NCBI GenBank assembly: GCA_016839555.1
Contig: JAEOUA010000011.1
Location: 160,001-224,000, forward strand
Reading direction: 5' to 3'
DNA: 64,000 nucleotides
DNA from: Promethearchaeota archaeon
Lineage (GTDB): Archaea; Asgardarchaeota; Lokiarchaeia; Sigyniarchaeales; SOKP01
The number at the start of each line of letters is the position of its first letter. The stretch's first letter is position 1. Shown here one piece after another: positions 9,816 through 19,377 of this stretch. Made by a program: the position numbers and the translations under genes. The notes under the pieces were generated by a model. That model did not search any database. It saw only the letters and a list, made by a program, of their open reading frames with translations, and was not told the origin of the DNA.

Positions 9816-11480
9816 ATGTCAGTACATGGAGACCAGTACCTTCTACCATTATTTCTTGAAAAATCTTCAAATCGTCCAATGTTTCAAGTGGATGAGGAAA
9901 AAATTAATGATGAAATTTGTCTCGCATTTTATTTATTAACGAGAAATCTTAGAGACAATCAAAAAATTCTTTCCTTTGCGAGACTGGCTTGGCCATTTTT
10001 AGCAATACAAGGTGTTTCTAAGCCTGAATCCACTCATATATTTTTAGACGGGATCCAAATTCTCTCAAAAAAGGATAAATTTACTAACCCTCCTCGCAAG
10101 CCATTGATCGGACATTTAATTCGCAATGTAGATAATCTTTCAGAAATAGAGCAATTAAAAAAAATAATAGAAATACTAAAATATGAAGATAAGGATGCCA
10201 AAAAAATTGGTGAAGGGGAAAACGCAGAATTTCAAGAATTTCAAATAAAGAGTTTGGTAAATCCTGAGTTTTTAGATGCTCTAAAAATATTAATCCCTCA
10301 TTTAGAATATAAACCTATCAAAAATTTTGGTCAACTTGATACGGGATTATCAACTGAGAAAGCTTTAGACATTTCCGAGGGATATAGAGGTACTATTGAA
10401 AAATTAAGAGGAAATGCACTTAGATGGAAAGAAGAAATTGAGTTGATAAGCAATGAACTTGATAAAATGCTTAAAAATTTGAATTTACAAATTAAAGATG
10501 CAAGCTTACGTTATGATTCTGAAATTGCCAAACTTTCATTTAGTATTGATGAGGAAGCAGTAACAGAGCAAATTAATTTAAAACAAGATGAATTGAGTCA
10601 ATATAAAAGAAAAGAAAAGAAAAATCTTATTGATAATATCGCAGTTTTATTTAAAAATATTGATAGTGATATAGAAACGATTCTTAAAAAAAACAAATTT
10701 TTTAGTAATGAAGAAATGCTTATAAGAAAAGCTTTTGATGATCTTATACCTAATATAAAGGATCATATTGATTTTTTAAGAGTCCAAGGAAAATATTATC
10801 TATCCTCATTGGATACGATTGAAGATAAAATTCAGATGATTATAAATAAAGCAGATGATATCAATCGAGAGGGTGAACAAAGATTAGAACAATATAAAGA
10901 GGAGGTAAATCAACAATTAAGGGAACGGGATCAACAAATAGCAGCTAAAAAAGAAGAAAAACAGGCAGAAATCGAAAAATTGGAAAATTTAAAAAATAGT
11001 ATCGAGGAAATATTTTCACAGATTAAGCAAATAATCAATATAAAGCAACAAGATTGCTTGAATGAAGCACAAGAATTAATTGCGTGGTCCCTCAGAGATA
11101 CAGAAATAGAAGAGATAAAAATGCCCATTCAATGGATTTATATGCCATTTTACGCGATGTTTATAGAAGATCAAGACTTATTAGAAGAAAATATGATTAT
11201 AGTATTGCCAGGATATATTAATAAAAATTCTGATGAAATATATAAAGATCTTTCCGAAGCATTTTCAGAATTAAAAAAGAATATAAGTGAGAAAATCGAG
11301 GATGATATGGCAATTCGCTCTAATTTCGAATTTAGTGTGGAAAATAATAATTATCTAAAGGATGAGAAATTTAAAGAGAAATTAGAAAAAGGTTTAAATC
11401 TTCTAAAAGAAAAAAATATTATAACTTACAATATAGAAAATCAAATCAATTATACACTTAATAAAATTGATTTAGAATAA
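9816..11480 (+). CDS. Uncharacterised protein with a long central coiled coil
   Basis: 554-aa ORF; E/K/Q-rich heptads from about aa 185 to 420, flanked by globular regions; GAGGT upstream. Confidence 0.75.
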   Translation: MSVHGDQYLLPLFLEKSSNRPMFQVDEEKINDEICLAFYLLTRNLRDNQKILSFARLAWPFLAIQGVSKPESTHIFLDGIQILSKKDKFTNPPRKPLIGHLIRNVDNLSEIEQLKKIIEILKYEDKDAKKIGEGENAEFQEFQIKSLVNPEFLDALKILIPHLEYKPIKNFGQLDTGLSTEKALDISEGYRGTIEKLRGNALRWKEEIELISNELDKMLKNLNLQIKDASLRYDSEIAKLSFSIDEEAVTEQINLKQDELSQYKRKEKKNLIDNIAVLFKNIDSDIETILKKNKFFSNEEMLIRKAFDDLIPNIKDHIDFLRVQGKYYLSSLDTIEDKIQMIINKADDINREGEQRLEQYKEEVNQQLRERDQQIAAKKEEKQAEIEKLENLKNSIEEIFSQIKQIINIKQQDCLNEAQELIAWSLRDTEIEEIKMPIQWIYMPFYAMFIEDQDLLEENMIIVLPGYINKNSDEIYKDLSEAFSELKKNISEKIEDDMAIRSNFEFSVENNNYLKDEKFKEKLEKGLNLLKEKNIITYNIENQINYTLNKIDLE

Positions 11481-11738
11481 ATCTTATTAACTTTATTAAA
11501 TCATTAATATATTATATATAATTGATTGAACCAATTTTTTCCTTACCATTTCCAAAAACTTTTATCTTTATTCTTCATAACTAAAAATTGAATTTTCAGT
11601 TTCGTATTAGATTTATAAAAATTGAGATTGTCTCATTTTAAAATTTACTTAGGACTTGCTAAGAACTTTAAACGATTTAGAATTATTTGATAGTTAAGAT
11701 AAAAAATTTTTTCTATATCAAAAAATTTTAATAAATGT

Positions 11739-12389
11739 ATGCCTAGTAAACCCAAATTAGATCTAAAGAAAAATCGGATTAGAGCTTTTTTCCATTCTTT
11801 AGGAACACATGAAAAAGGAGAGCTTACTGAGGAAATTCAAAAGATTGAAAAAGAGGGAATGGCATATATTCAATTACGCCTTCCAGTAAAGCGTATAACT
11901 GAAGAATTTGAAAATAAAGTAAAAGAAAAAGTAGAACATAATGTTATAAAAGCAGAAATACGAGAAGCCTCCTACCATGATTTGCCAAGCATAAAAGATA
12001 TTTATAATAAAGCGTGGTTGACCAGCAGCACACCTTTTAGAGCTATTGATATTGATACCTTAGGAATTATTTTAGAAGATGAGGACACGGTGTTTTTAAT
12101 AGCAAAAGTATATGGTAGAGATGCAGGCTTTATTATTCTGGATTTTGAAGAAGGAGGAAAAATTGGTACAATTGCTGGGTTAGGTGTATTACCTCGCTTT
12201 CAGAGAAAAGGTTTAGGTACCATGATGGGTATAGCAGCTTGGAATTATTTCAAAGAACACTATCCAAAAATTGAAGAATTAAGGGCGGAAGTATACCAAA
12301 AAAATGAAGTTTCTTATAATTTCATAAAAGGATTAGGTTTTGAAGAATTTGATATAAAATATTATAGGAAGGAAGATTTCGAAGTTTAA
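11739..12389 (+). CDS. GNAT family N-acetyltransferase (paralog 1)
   Basis: Motif A GLGVLPRFQRKGLGT; EVYQKNEVSYNFIKGLGF. Confidence 0.9.
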   Translation: MPSKPKLDLKKNRIRAFFHSLGTHEKGELTEEIQKIEKEGMAYIQLRLPVKRITEEFENKVKEKVEHNVIKAEIREASYHDLPSIKDIYNKAWLTSSTPFRAIDIDTLGIILEDEDTVFLIAKVYGRDAGFIILDFEEGGKIGTIAGLGVLPRFQRKGLGTMMGIAAWNYFKEHYPKIEELRAEVYQKNEVSYNFIKGLGFEEFDIKYYRKEDFEV

Positions 12390-12492
12390 CAAATACTCTT
12401 ACTTTTGAATCTTACTTTTAATTGAAAATTATATTCTTTAGATAAAAAACATTCAATAGATTAAAAAATTAGAATTTATCTATTTAAAACTT

Positions 12493-13122
12493 ATGCCAGA
12501 AACTTTAAAAGAAAAGAGAATTAGAACTTTTTTTCAGAGTTTTGAGGAGAAATCTATAGAAGTAAAAGCAGAAGAAAAAGAAGAAGAAATTTGTCTTGAA
12601 TATATACAAATGAAATTACCAGTAGAGAATATAACAGAAGAATTTGAAGCAGAGATTACTGCTAAAGTAAAAAAAAATTTCTTAAATGCTAAAATTAGAA
12701 CGGCAAGTAAAGATGATCTAGAAAGTGTTTTAAGAATTCATAATCGGGCATGGCTCACAGCAAATGAACCTTTTCGACCAATAGAATTAGAATCTCTTGA
12801 GAAGATTTATGAATATCCTGAAACAGAGATTTTAATAGCAAAAGTATATGGTGATGACGGAGGATTTATTATGCTTGATTTTGAAGATGATGGAAAAATA
12901 GGAATAATTGCAGGATTAGGCATATTACCTCGCTTTCAAAGAAAAGGATTAGGAACTGTACTAGGGGTTGCCGCTTGGAACTATTTTAAAAAGAGGGGTG
13001 TAGAAGAATTACGGTGTGAAGTCTATAAGGATAATTCGGCATCATATTCCTTTATAAAATCATTGGGATTTAAAGAATATGGTAGAAAGAAATATACCAA
13101 AGAGGATTTCGCATTAGAGTAA
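12493..13122 (+). CDS. GNAT family N-acetyltransferase (paralog 2)
   Basis: Motif A GLGILPRFQRKGLGT; collinear with the upstream paralog. Confidence 0.9.
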   Translation: MPETLKEKRIRTFFQSFEEKSIEVKAEEKEEEICLEYIQMKLPVENITEEFEAEITAKVKKNFLNAKIRTASKDDLESVLRIHNRAWLTANEPFRPIELESLEKIYEYPETEILIAKVYGDDGGFIMLDFEDDGKIGIIAGLGILPRFQRKGLGTVLGVAAWNYFKKRGVEELRCEVYKDNSASYSFIKSLGFKEYGRKKYTKEDFALE

Positions 13123-13201
13123 TTTAGGTTAATTATTTATTAATTTATAGTTATAATTTTAATCTTTTTTATTAATTTCGAGATCTTAGGGAGTTGTTTT
13201 T

Positions 13202-13810
13202 TTGCTAGATAATAAAAAATTGCAGAGATATAATAGAGAATTTTTTAGTGGTAATACAAAGATTATTGCACAAAATCTTATAGGCAGTTATTTAATCAGG
13301 AAAGCTAAAAAAGGCGTAATGGTTGGAAAAATAATCGAAACTGAAGCATACTTAGGGCCAAATGATAAAGCGTGTCATACTTTTAGGTATAAAAAAACTA
13401 AAAGAACCAAGACGATGTATGAAATACCTGGCACATGGTATGTTTATCTTATTTATGGGATGTATCATTGTCTTAATATAATCACGGAACCAGAAGGAAT
13501 CCCTTGTGCAGTACTGATAAGACAATTATATCCTATAGATGGTATTGATTTAATGAAAAAAAATAGAGATACAAAAATAGGTAAAAATTATAAAAATCTT
13601 TTAGATGGTCCTGGAAAATTATGCTTAGCCTTTGATATAACCAAGGAAAAATTTAATGGAAAAGATTCATGCGCTTCAGATGCCAAATTATTTTTAACAA
13701 AAGGAGAAAACATTAAGCCGTTAGAAATCTCTTCCCATAAACGGATTGGAATTGACTATGCTGAAGAAGATAAAGATAAACTACTAAGATTTAAATTAGA
13801 AGAAGAATAA
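13202..13810 (+). CDS. mpg: DNA-3-methyladenine glycosylase (AAG/MPG family)
   Basis: GKIIETEAYLG..DKACH, YVYLIYGMYHCLNI, AVLIR, GPGKLC and RIGI; TTG start. Confidence 0.93.
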   Translation: MLDNKKLQRYNREFFSGNTKIIAQNLIGSYLIRKAKKGVMVGKIIETEAYLGPNDKACHTFRYKKTKRTKTMYEIPGTWYVYLIYGMYHCLNIITEPEGIPCAVLIRQLYPIDGIDLMKKNRDTKIGKNYKNLLDGPGKLCLAFDITKEKFNGKDSCASDAKLFLTKGENIKPLEISSHKRIGIDYAEEDKDKLLRFKLEEE

Positions 13811-13877
13811 TTATTTTACCTAATGTTTATAAGATTATTTTTTTAAAAAAATCACTTTGGAATTTTAATAGAAAAAA

Positions 13878-14720
13878 TTAATCCTTTTTTAGTAATTCTT
13901 TTTTAAGAAATGCATCTAATTCTGAATTTGAATTATAAGCAATTAGAGGTAAGAGTAGATCCATGGAAAGATCATGATCTAACTTTTCTCCATTTATCTT
14001 AAATATTTTTCCTCCCGCTTCCTTAACAATTAAATAGCCTGCTGCCATATCTACTAATCTTATTCCTTTTCTGAAATCAATGTATCCATCAAGACCGCCT
14101 TTAGCAAGATGGCATAAACTTAAAGCAACACTACCCATTACTCTAATTCTATATAACTTATTAAATATGGAGCGATAATCTTTTAATTTTTTTCTAAGAT
14201 TCCATAAATAAAAATCAACTTCAAATATTAATTGATCAGATAAACCTCGTTCAGAAACCGTTATTTTTTTATTATTATAGAATGCTCCTTCTCCTTTTTT
14301 TGCCCAAAAGAGATCTTTTGTCGAGAGATCCAGAACAATTGCTAATTTAATATCCTCTAATTTTTTTCCCTCCGCATAGGCTATAGAGACACTATAGAAA
14401 GGTATAGCCCTAATTGAATTAGTTGAACCGTCAATAGGATCAACAATTAGTTTTCTTTCGGTTTTTTGTGCTTTTATTTTATTTCCTATATATTTTTTGC
14501 CAATTTCTTCACTGAGTAATAAAATGTCTATTTTGTTTTTTTCCAATTCTTTAATAATAGTACTTTCTGCTAAGGTATCAATCCTCATGCTTATATCACC
14601 ACCTGCGCCACGACTTAATTCTGTAGCGCCCTCTTTAGTCCCAATCAATGGTGCGACGTTTTCATGAACCTTTAACACTAAATTTTTTAGAAAATCTATA
14701 TCTATTTCTTTTGAGCTCAT
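13878..14720 (-). CDS. suhB: Inositol monophosphatase / FBPase (archaeal bifunctional type)
   Basis: GAGGD..ID, LSEE, VDPIDGSTN, RVMGSVAL and DMAAGYLIVKEAGG. Confidence 0.9.
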   Translation of the reverse strand: MSSKEIDIDFLKNLVLKVHENVAPLIGTKEGATELSRGAGGDISMRIDTLAESTIIKELEKNKIDILLLSEEIGKKYIGNKIKAQKTERKLIVDPIDGSTNSIRAIPFYSVSIAYAEGKKLEDIKLAIVLDLSTKDLFWAKKGEGAFYNNKKITVSERGLSDQLIFEVDFYLWNLRKKLKDYRSIFNKLYRIRVMGSVALSLCHLAKGGLDGYIDFRKGIRLVDMAAGYLIVKEAGGKIFKINGEKLDHDLSMDLLLPLIAYNSNSELDAFLKKELLKKD

Positions 14721-14946
14721 ATTTAACTAAATTTAGTTTCCCCATATTATTTTTTCGAAAATTCCCCAAATAAAGATGAAATATACCACTATTTTAACCT
14801 AAAATACCCACTGATTATTTCAATTATTTATTGATAATTTAATGGTTTATCCACTTTAAACTCGATAAGAATTTTAATCTTAAATTATTTTTTTATTCTT
14901 TCTTTTAATATATGTTTAGCTACATTATTTTTTTCTTTTTTAATTT

Positions 14947-15492
14947 TCATATTAAATTCTTTTTGAAGTACTGTGATAATTCTTTCATCCAATTCGGCCA
15001 TTTTATGTTAGAAGGAGCATCATAAGAAGGATGGTGAAATTTTATATCAATTATGGGGCTTCCATCAAGAGCATCCAAGCCTTTTACTTTTAATATATTT
15101 TTTTTCCTTTCTAAAAGCTCTACTGTTGTAGAGCAAATAGGATTTGGTCTAGATGGACTTCTAGTGGCAAATACTCCCACCAATGGAAGTTTTTTTTGCC
15201 CTGTGGGATGAACTTTTCTGACTGCCCGACCTTCATCGCCTATATTATGCGACCAATATAGATCCATTATATGAGAAAAATCCTCTATTCCATCTAAACA
15301 CTCTTCCTATTCTTCTTTAATAATAAGTTCTGATATACTCTCTTTACCAGTCTTTGTCTTAGTTAAAATTTCTTCATCAAGTTCGAGATCTTGATCTTGA
15401 TAAGTTAGCGAAGCTTCTTTATAAGTGCTCTTTACTATCCCAATAGGTCTGATAAAATAATTTTCTAGTTTATTTTCTATTTTTCCTGTCAT
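14947..15492 (-). pseudogene. trmO: tRNA m6t6A37 methyltransferase TrmO/TsaA, interrupted by an in-frame TAG
   Basis: ORFs 15307..15492 and 14947..15267 are in one frame, joined by TAG (15307-15309) plus EECLDGIEDFSHI. Motifs IRPIGIVKS, GVFATRSPSRPNPI and GLDALDGSPIIDIK are present. Confidence 0.85.
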
Positions 15493-15545
15493 TTTTAAAC
15501 GAAATCACTCCTATCAAATCTATTGTTTTTTTTCTCTGATTTTTA

Positions 15546-16079
15546 TCACTTAATTTTTTTGAAGTTTAATATTTTGCCTTTCTCTATATGATCTTCATGA
15601 ACAACTTTTATAGTATATTCGCTTTCTAAACTAAAGCCGGTTGCTTTCATTTTTTCTTTAAAGTATTTTATACCATTTGAACTTATATGGGTGGGAAAAA
15701 CAGAAATCATGGCGTTTTCTTTTCCTACCTTATAGACCTCCTTCAATAAATTTTCCGTTTTTTTATCACGTGGACTAAAATACCAAAAGATATCATAGAG
15801 AAGAACAACATCTACTCTATTTGGTAAATAGATACCTAATTCTACATCTTTTTCAATTATTTTTATATTCTGTAATTTTTCTAAGTTGATTTTCTTTTTC
15901 AACTCGTCTAATTTACTATTGCTTCTATCTATTGCATAAACTAAACCTCCTTTACCAATTAATTTTGCAGCAGGAATTGTATAAGTGCCATCACCACAAC
16001 AACAATCCAATACTGTCTGGCCCTTACTAATTCCTATAGTTTTCAGAGCTTGTTCAGCATATGCTTTTAAATCTCTCAA
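15546..16079 (-). CDS. Class I SAM-dependent methyltransferase
   Basis: GQTVLDCCCGDGTYTIPAAKLIG..GLVYAID; TTG start; the start position is uncertain. Confidence 0.8.
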   Translation of the reverse strand: MRDLKAYAEQALKTIGISKGQTVLDCCCGDGTYTIPAAKLIGKGGLVYAIDRSNSKLDELKKKINLEKLQNIKIIEKDVELGIYLPNRVDVVLLYDIFWYFSPRDKKTENLLKEVYKVGKENAMISVFPTHISSNGIKYFKEKMKATGFSLESEYTIKVVHEDHIEKGKILNFKKIK

Positions 16080-16294
16080 TTTTTATCTCAATACGAGAAT
16101 CTTATTTTTTTATAATTTCAGAATATTTTATTATATACTTAGAAAAAATAGAAGATTTTAGTTTTATTGCAATTTTATCTTTTTTATTCAAGATTGCTCC
16201 TAAGTATAGTAATGAAAAACTATTTTTTATTCTTTTTTTAAATATATAAGATTAGATTTCAACAAATTTTACTATATAATTTTAATGGAAATTG

Positions 16295-16813
16295 TTAACT
16301 TGCTTTTTCATCATTTACAATTTCTTTTAATTGCGAATGATCGGTTTGTATTGCATCAATAAAGCTATTTTGAAAGACTAATTTAGGACCTTTTTTCAAT
16401 TTCATCCTTGTATATATCTTGTCAATATTATTAGAGCTTAACCAATCCGAAATTAAAATCCCTTTTCTCTTTTCTCTATCAACATATTTATTTTTTAAAA
16501 CTTCAATTTTTGATAATTCCCCATTTTCTAATTCTAAAAGTCCAAAAAAAGGAGCTTCACCATATCGCTCATGAATGTGAGAGTTTAATCCATCATTGTT
16601 TTCTAATGGTACAGCTATTTTACTTGTTTTAACTTTTTGAATACTTGTTGTTATAACGATTTTAAAAATTTCACGAAATTGCTGTTGGATTTTATTTGAT
16701 AACTTTTTTTTTAGTAAATCTACTTTTGAAAGTGGCAGATCTTTACTTAATTTTAAATCTGCTTCTAAAAAATTATATTTACCATATGCTCTAATCTCTA
16801 AATTATCAATACT
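16295..16813 (-). pseudogene. 5'-truncated remnant of a cation-diffusion-facilitator fusion: cytoplasmic dimerisation domain plus NifX/NifB-like domain
   Basis: Open frame of 172 sense codons absent from the ORF track: SIDNLEIRAYGKYNFLEADLKL...KIAVPLENNDGLNSHIHERYGEAPFFGLLE...GPKLVF. TAA lies immediately upstream (16814-16816) and there is no ATG/GTG/TTG near the 5' end. Confidence 0.75.
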
Positions 16814-16833
16814 TTAAACTCATTTTTTTGTCT

Positions 16834-17286
16834 CTATTCCTTTTTTTCTTTTTTCTCTGTGAAATCTCTTTCACTTAAAAATTCATTTGTAGCAAATTCA
16901 ATTTTCTCTGTTAGTAGATGACTTAATAATAAGGTTAATAATTTACTATCTGGAAACTTTAAATCATTACTATAAGAGCCAATTTCAAAAGTAAAAATGC
17001 TTTTCGAAGAGTCTTTCCAATATACAAAAATTTCAGTACTTTCTTGGTTGAATATATGATATCCGCGCCAACTATCTAATTTTTGTTCTAAGACCTCTAT
17101 AATACAAATAATTTCATTTAAGCTTATTTTTATCGTCTTTCCTTCCTTTTGTGAAAGCTTTTCCCAATCTCCATTTCCTTTCTTTTTTATAGATGTAAGA
17201 AAAATATAGGGAATTTTTTTGCCAGGACTTTCCAAAATTAGTGCTGTTTTATTTCCCCAAAAAGATTTTTTATGAATATCTGCCAA
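16834..17286 (-). CDS. Hypothetical protein
   Basis: 150-aa ORF with host-like composition; TTG start. Confidence 0.6.
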   Translation of the reverse strand: MADIHKKSFWGNKTALILESPGKKIPYIFLTSIKKKGNGDWEKLSQKEGKTIKISLNEIICIIEVLEQKLDSWRGYHIFNQESTEIFVYWKDSSKSIFTFEIGSYSNDLKFPDSKLLTLLLSHLLTEKIEFATNEFLSERDFTEKKEKKE

Positions 17287-17442
17287 TTTTGATCGGTCAA
17301 ATTTTACTATTTATTAAAAACCCAGTATAAAAAAGCTTCGTATTTTATTTCAGAATTATTAAATTAATAATTAATTAATTTTGATAGTTAACATAAATAA
17401 AGAGTTTAGAAAAAAGAGATATACTTAATAATTGAAAAAAAT

Positions 17443-17748
17443 TTACATTAGTTCGATTTCGACTAATACTGATTCGGGTATGGAAATCTTCATGATCAAA
17501 TGCATGGATCGTTCATTCGCGATTATCTCAAACAAACGCTTATGGATTCGCATCTCAAATTTCGCCCATGTAGCAGTTCCCTGGCCCGATGGCGCTTTAA
17601 GGATTGGTACTAATAATTTTTTAGTGGGTAATGGGATTGGTCCATGCTTTTTAATCCCTTGAGTTTTACATACGCTCTCTATTTGGTTGCATACGGTCTT
17701 TAAATCTTCTAATTCTGTTGATGATAATCTGATACGGGCCTTTTGCAC
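17443..17748 (-). CDS. rps10: 30S ribosomal protein S10 (uS10)
   Basis: QKARIRLSS, GPIPLPTKKL, PSGQGTATW.KFEMRIHKRL; GTG start. Confidence 0.97.
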   Translation of the reverse strand: MQKARIRLSSTELEDLKTVCNQIESVCKTQGIKKHGPIPLPTKKLLVPILKAPSGQGTATWAKFEMRIHKRLFEIIANERSMHLIMKISIPESVLVEIELM

Positions 17749-18104
17749 GTTAATTTAGCACCAAGAGTTTTTTAAAATAGTTCGGACAATATTATTTTAT
17801 TTATTGTTCCATTCGGAAACTTATAAATAGTAGTTTGGATAATTAATATTCTTAAAAAAACTTTTTTATAATTCTTCGAATATAGGATTCTACTCCTCAT
17901 AAATTCTATAGTATTATTTAAAAAGGAACGTGTAAAAATCATTTTAAAAACCCTAAGGCGGTGCTTACAAATATTTTTTTTTTAATATAGTATAACAAGG
18001 CAAATTTTATTCAAATCCAATAAATTTTTGAGATTAAAGCTGTAAATTAATTTTTTCTTATAAAAAATTCTTGAAATATATAGAGAATAGAAAAGAATGC
18101 TTTA

Positions 18105-19247
18105 TCATTCGAGTTCTTTATCTCTATGAGTTTTTATCATGTCTTCTTCCGTTATATCATTCCTTTCAGCAATATTAGCTAAAAATGCATCAAGAGTAAG
18201 GTATGTATTTAATTCAAACTGAGGGAAAAACAGAGAGGTGATGTGATAAAGAGATCTGTTAAAATAAGAAATTTTTTCAGGTCTTCCATCGATAAGTAGA
18301 GTACCTACATGATTTTTATACCATTTAGTAGTTCTTGCTAACGTAGAATCTTCAAAACAAGTAATAATAAACAACTGCATGCCAAAATCACCAGCTTGTC
18401 GTGCATATTTAATCATCTGTTCCGTTTCTCCACTACCACTCAATAATATGGCAAGATCATTAGTGCGCCGGCTTCTCCAGTGACTTTCATACACTACTTT
18501 TAGATCTCTGAGATTCTCCTTGTGTAAGTGACCATAACGGATAGCTATAACCCTTGATATAATGTCGTTTATACCTGATCCCTTAAAGTAAATTACTTTA
18601 TCATTATTGATATCTAAATAATCATCTATCGTTGTTAAAAAAGCGTTTATTGTAGGATCTTGTCGTTGAAGCTTTTCTAAATTGGATTTATATTCTTTAA
18701 TTACGCTTTCACAATAAGAGTTATATTGCTCGTTGGGATTTTTTTTGTCATAGGAACATGCAATACATGATAACAACGTAGCACTTGCTTGCTCAAATTC
18801 CGTCCCAAGCGGAGCATACCTTTTATTGTATCCGTCTTTTTTTAATAAAATTACGATGTCATATTGATCTTCAATATCTTCATTAGTGGTAATAAAAACT
18901 GTACGAAGTCCTTTCTTTTTGGCAACATTTATATTATTGACAACTCGTGAATCTGGTTTTGCTGAATTTGAGTTTGCTACAAAAATATCTCCTTCTCGCA
19001 AAGGACGTAAATTAGCATTTTGTACTTGATTGACACGAATACCATAGGATTTTTCTAGTTGAGTTGTTAATAATAGAGAACTTTGCAGGGAACGTCCCGA
19101 TCCATCAACAGTTACTCTTTTCTCTTGCATTGATTCTCTTAACAAGTCTATAAATTCATATACTTTGTTTCTATCAACATTTTTTAATATTCTTTCAATA
19201 CGCGAGACTAAATATAAATAGGCATCTTCTAAGAATGAATTCATCAT
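18105..19247 (-). CDS. Tandem SIS-domain protein, 6-phospho-3-hexuloisomerase (HxlB/PHI)-like
   Basis: GSGRS, LREGDIFVANSNS and APLGTEFE in the first half; GSG, LSGSGETEQM and ITCFEDSTLA in the second half; ends THRDKELE (compare PHI HANLE). Confidence 0.7.
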   Translation of the reverse strand: MMNSFLEDAYLYLVSRIERILKNVDRNKVYEFIDLLRESMQEKRVTVDGSGRSLQSSLLLTTQLEKSYGIRVNQVQNANLRPLREGDIFVANSNSAKPDSRVVNNINVAKKKGLRTVFITTNEDIEDQYDIVILLKKDGYNKRYAPLGTEFEQASATLLSCIACSYDKKNPNEQYNSYCESVIKEYKSNLEKLQRQDPTINAFLTTIDDYLDINNDKVIYFKGSGINDIISRVIAIRYGHLHKENLRDLKVVYESHWRSRRTNDLAILLSGSGETEQMIKYARQAGDFGMQLFIITCFEDSTLARTTKWYKNHVGTLLIDGRPEKISYFNRSLYHITSLFFPQFELNTYLTLDAFLANIAERNDITEEDMIKTHRDKELE

Positions 19248-19377
19248 TTGAAATTAAGAATTTTTTTAATAAAATTTTAATGATAGATTTTTTTCCTTGT
19301 TTTTGAAAAATTTTATCAAAATTCTACAGTCCACAAGAAAAAAAAAGGAATGATCAGAAAATGCTAAAAACCAGAGA

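Noticed and set aside
17780-17815. Weak hairpin upstream of rps10 as an autoregulatory leader
   Set aside because: Short AT-rich stem that could arise by chance; no comparative support is available.
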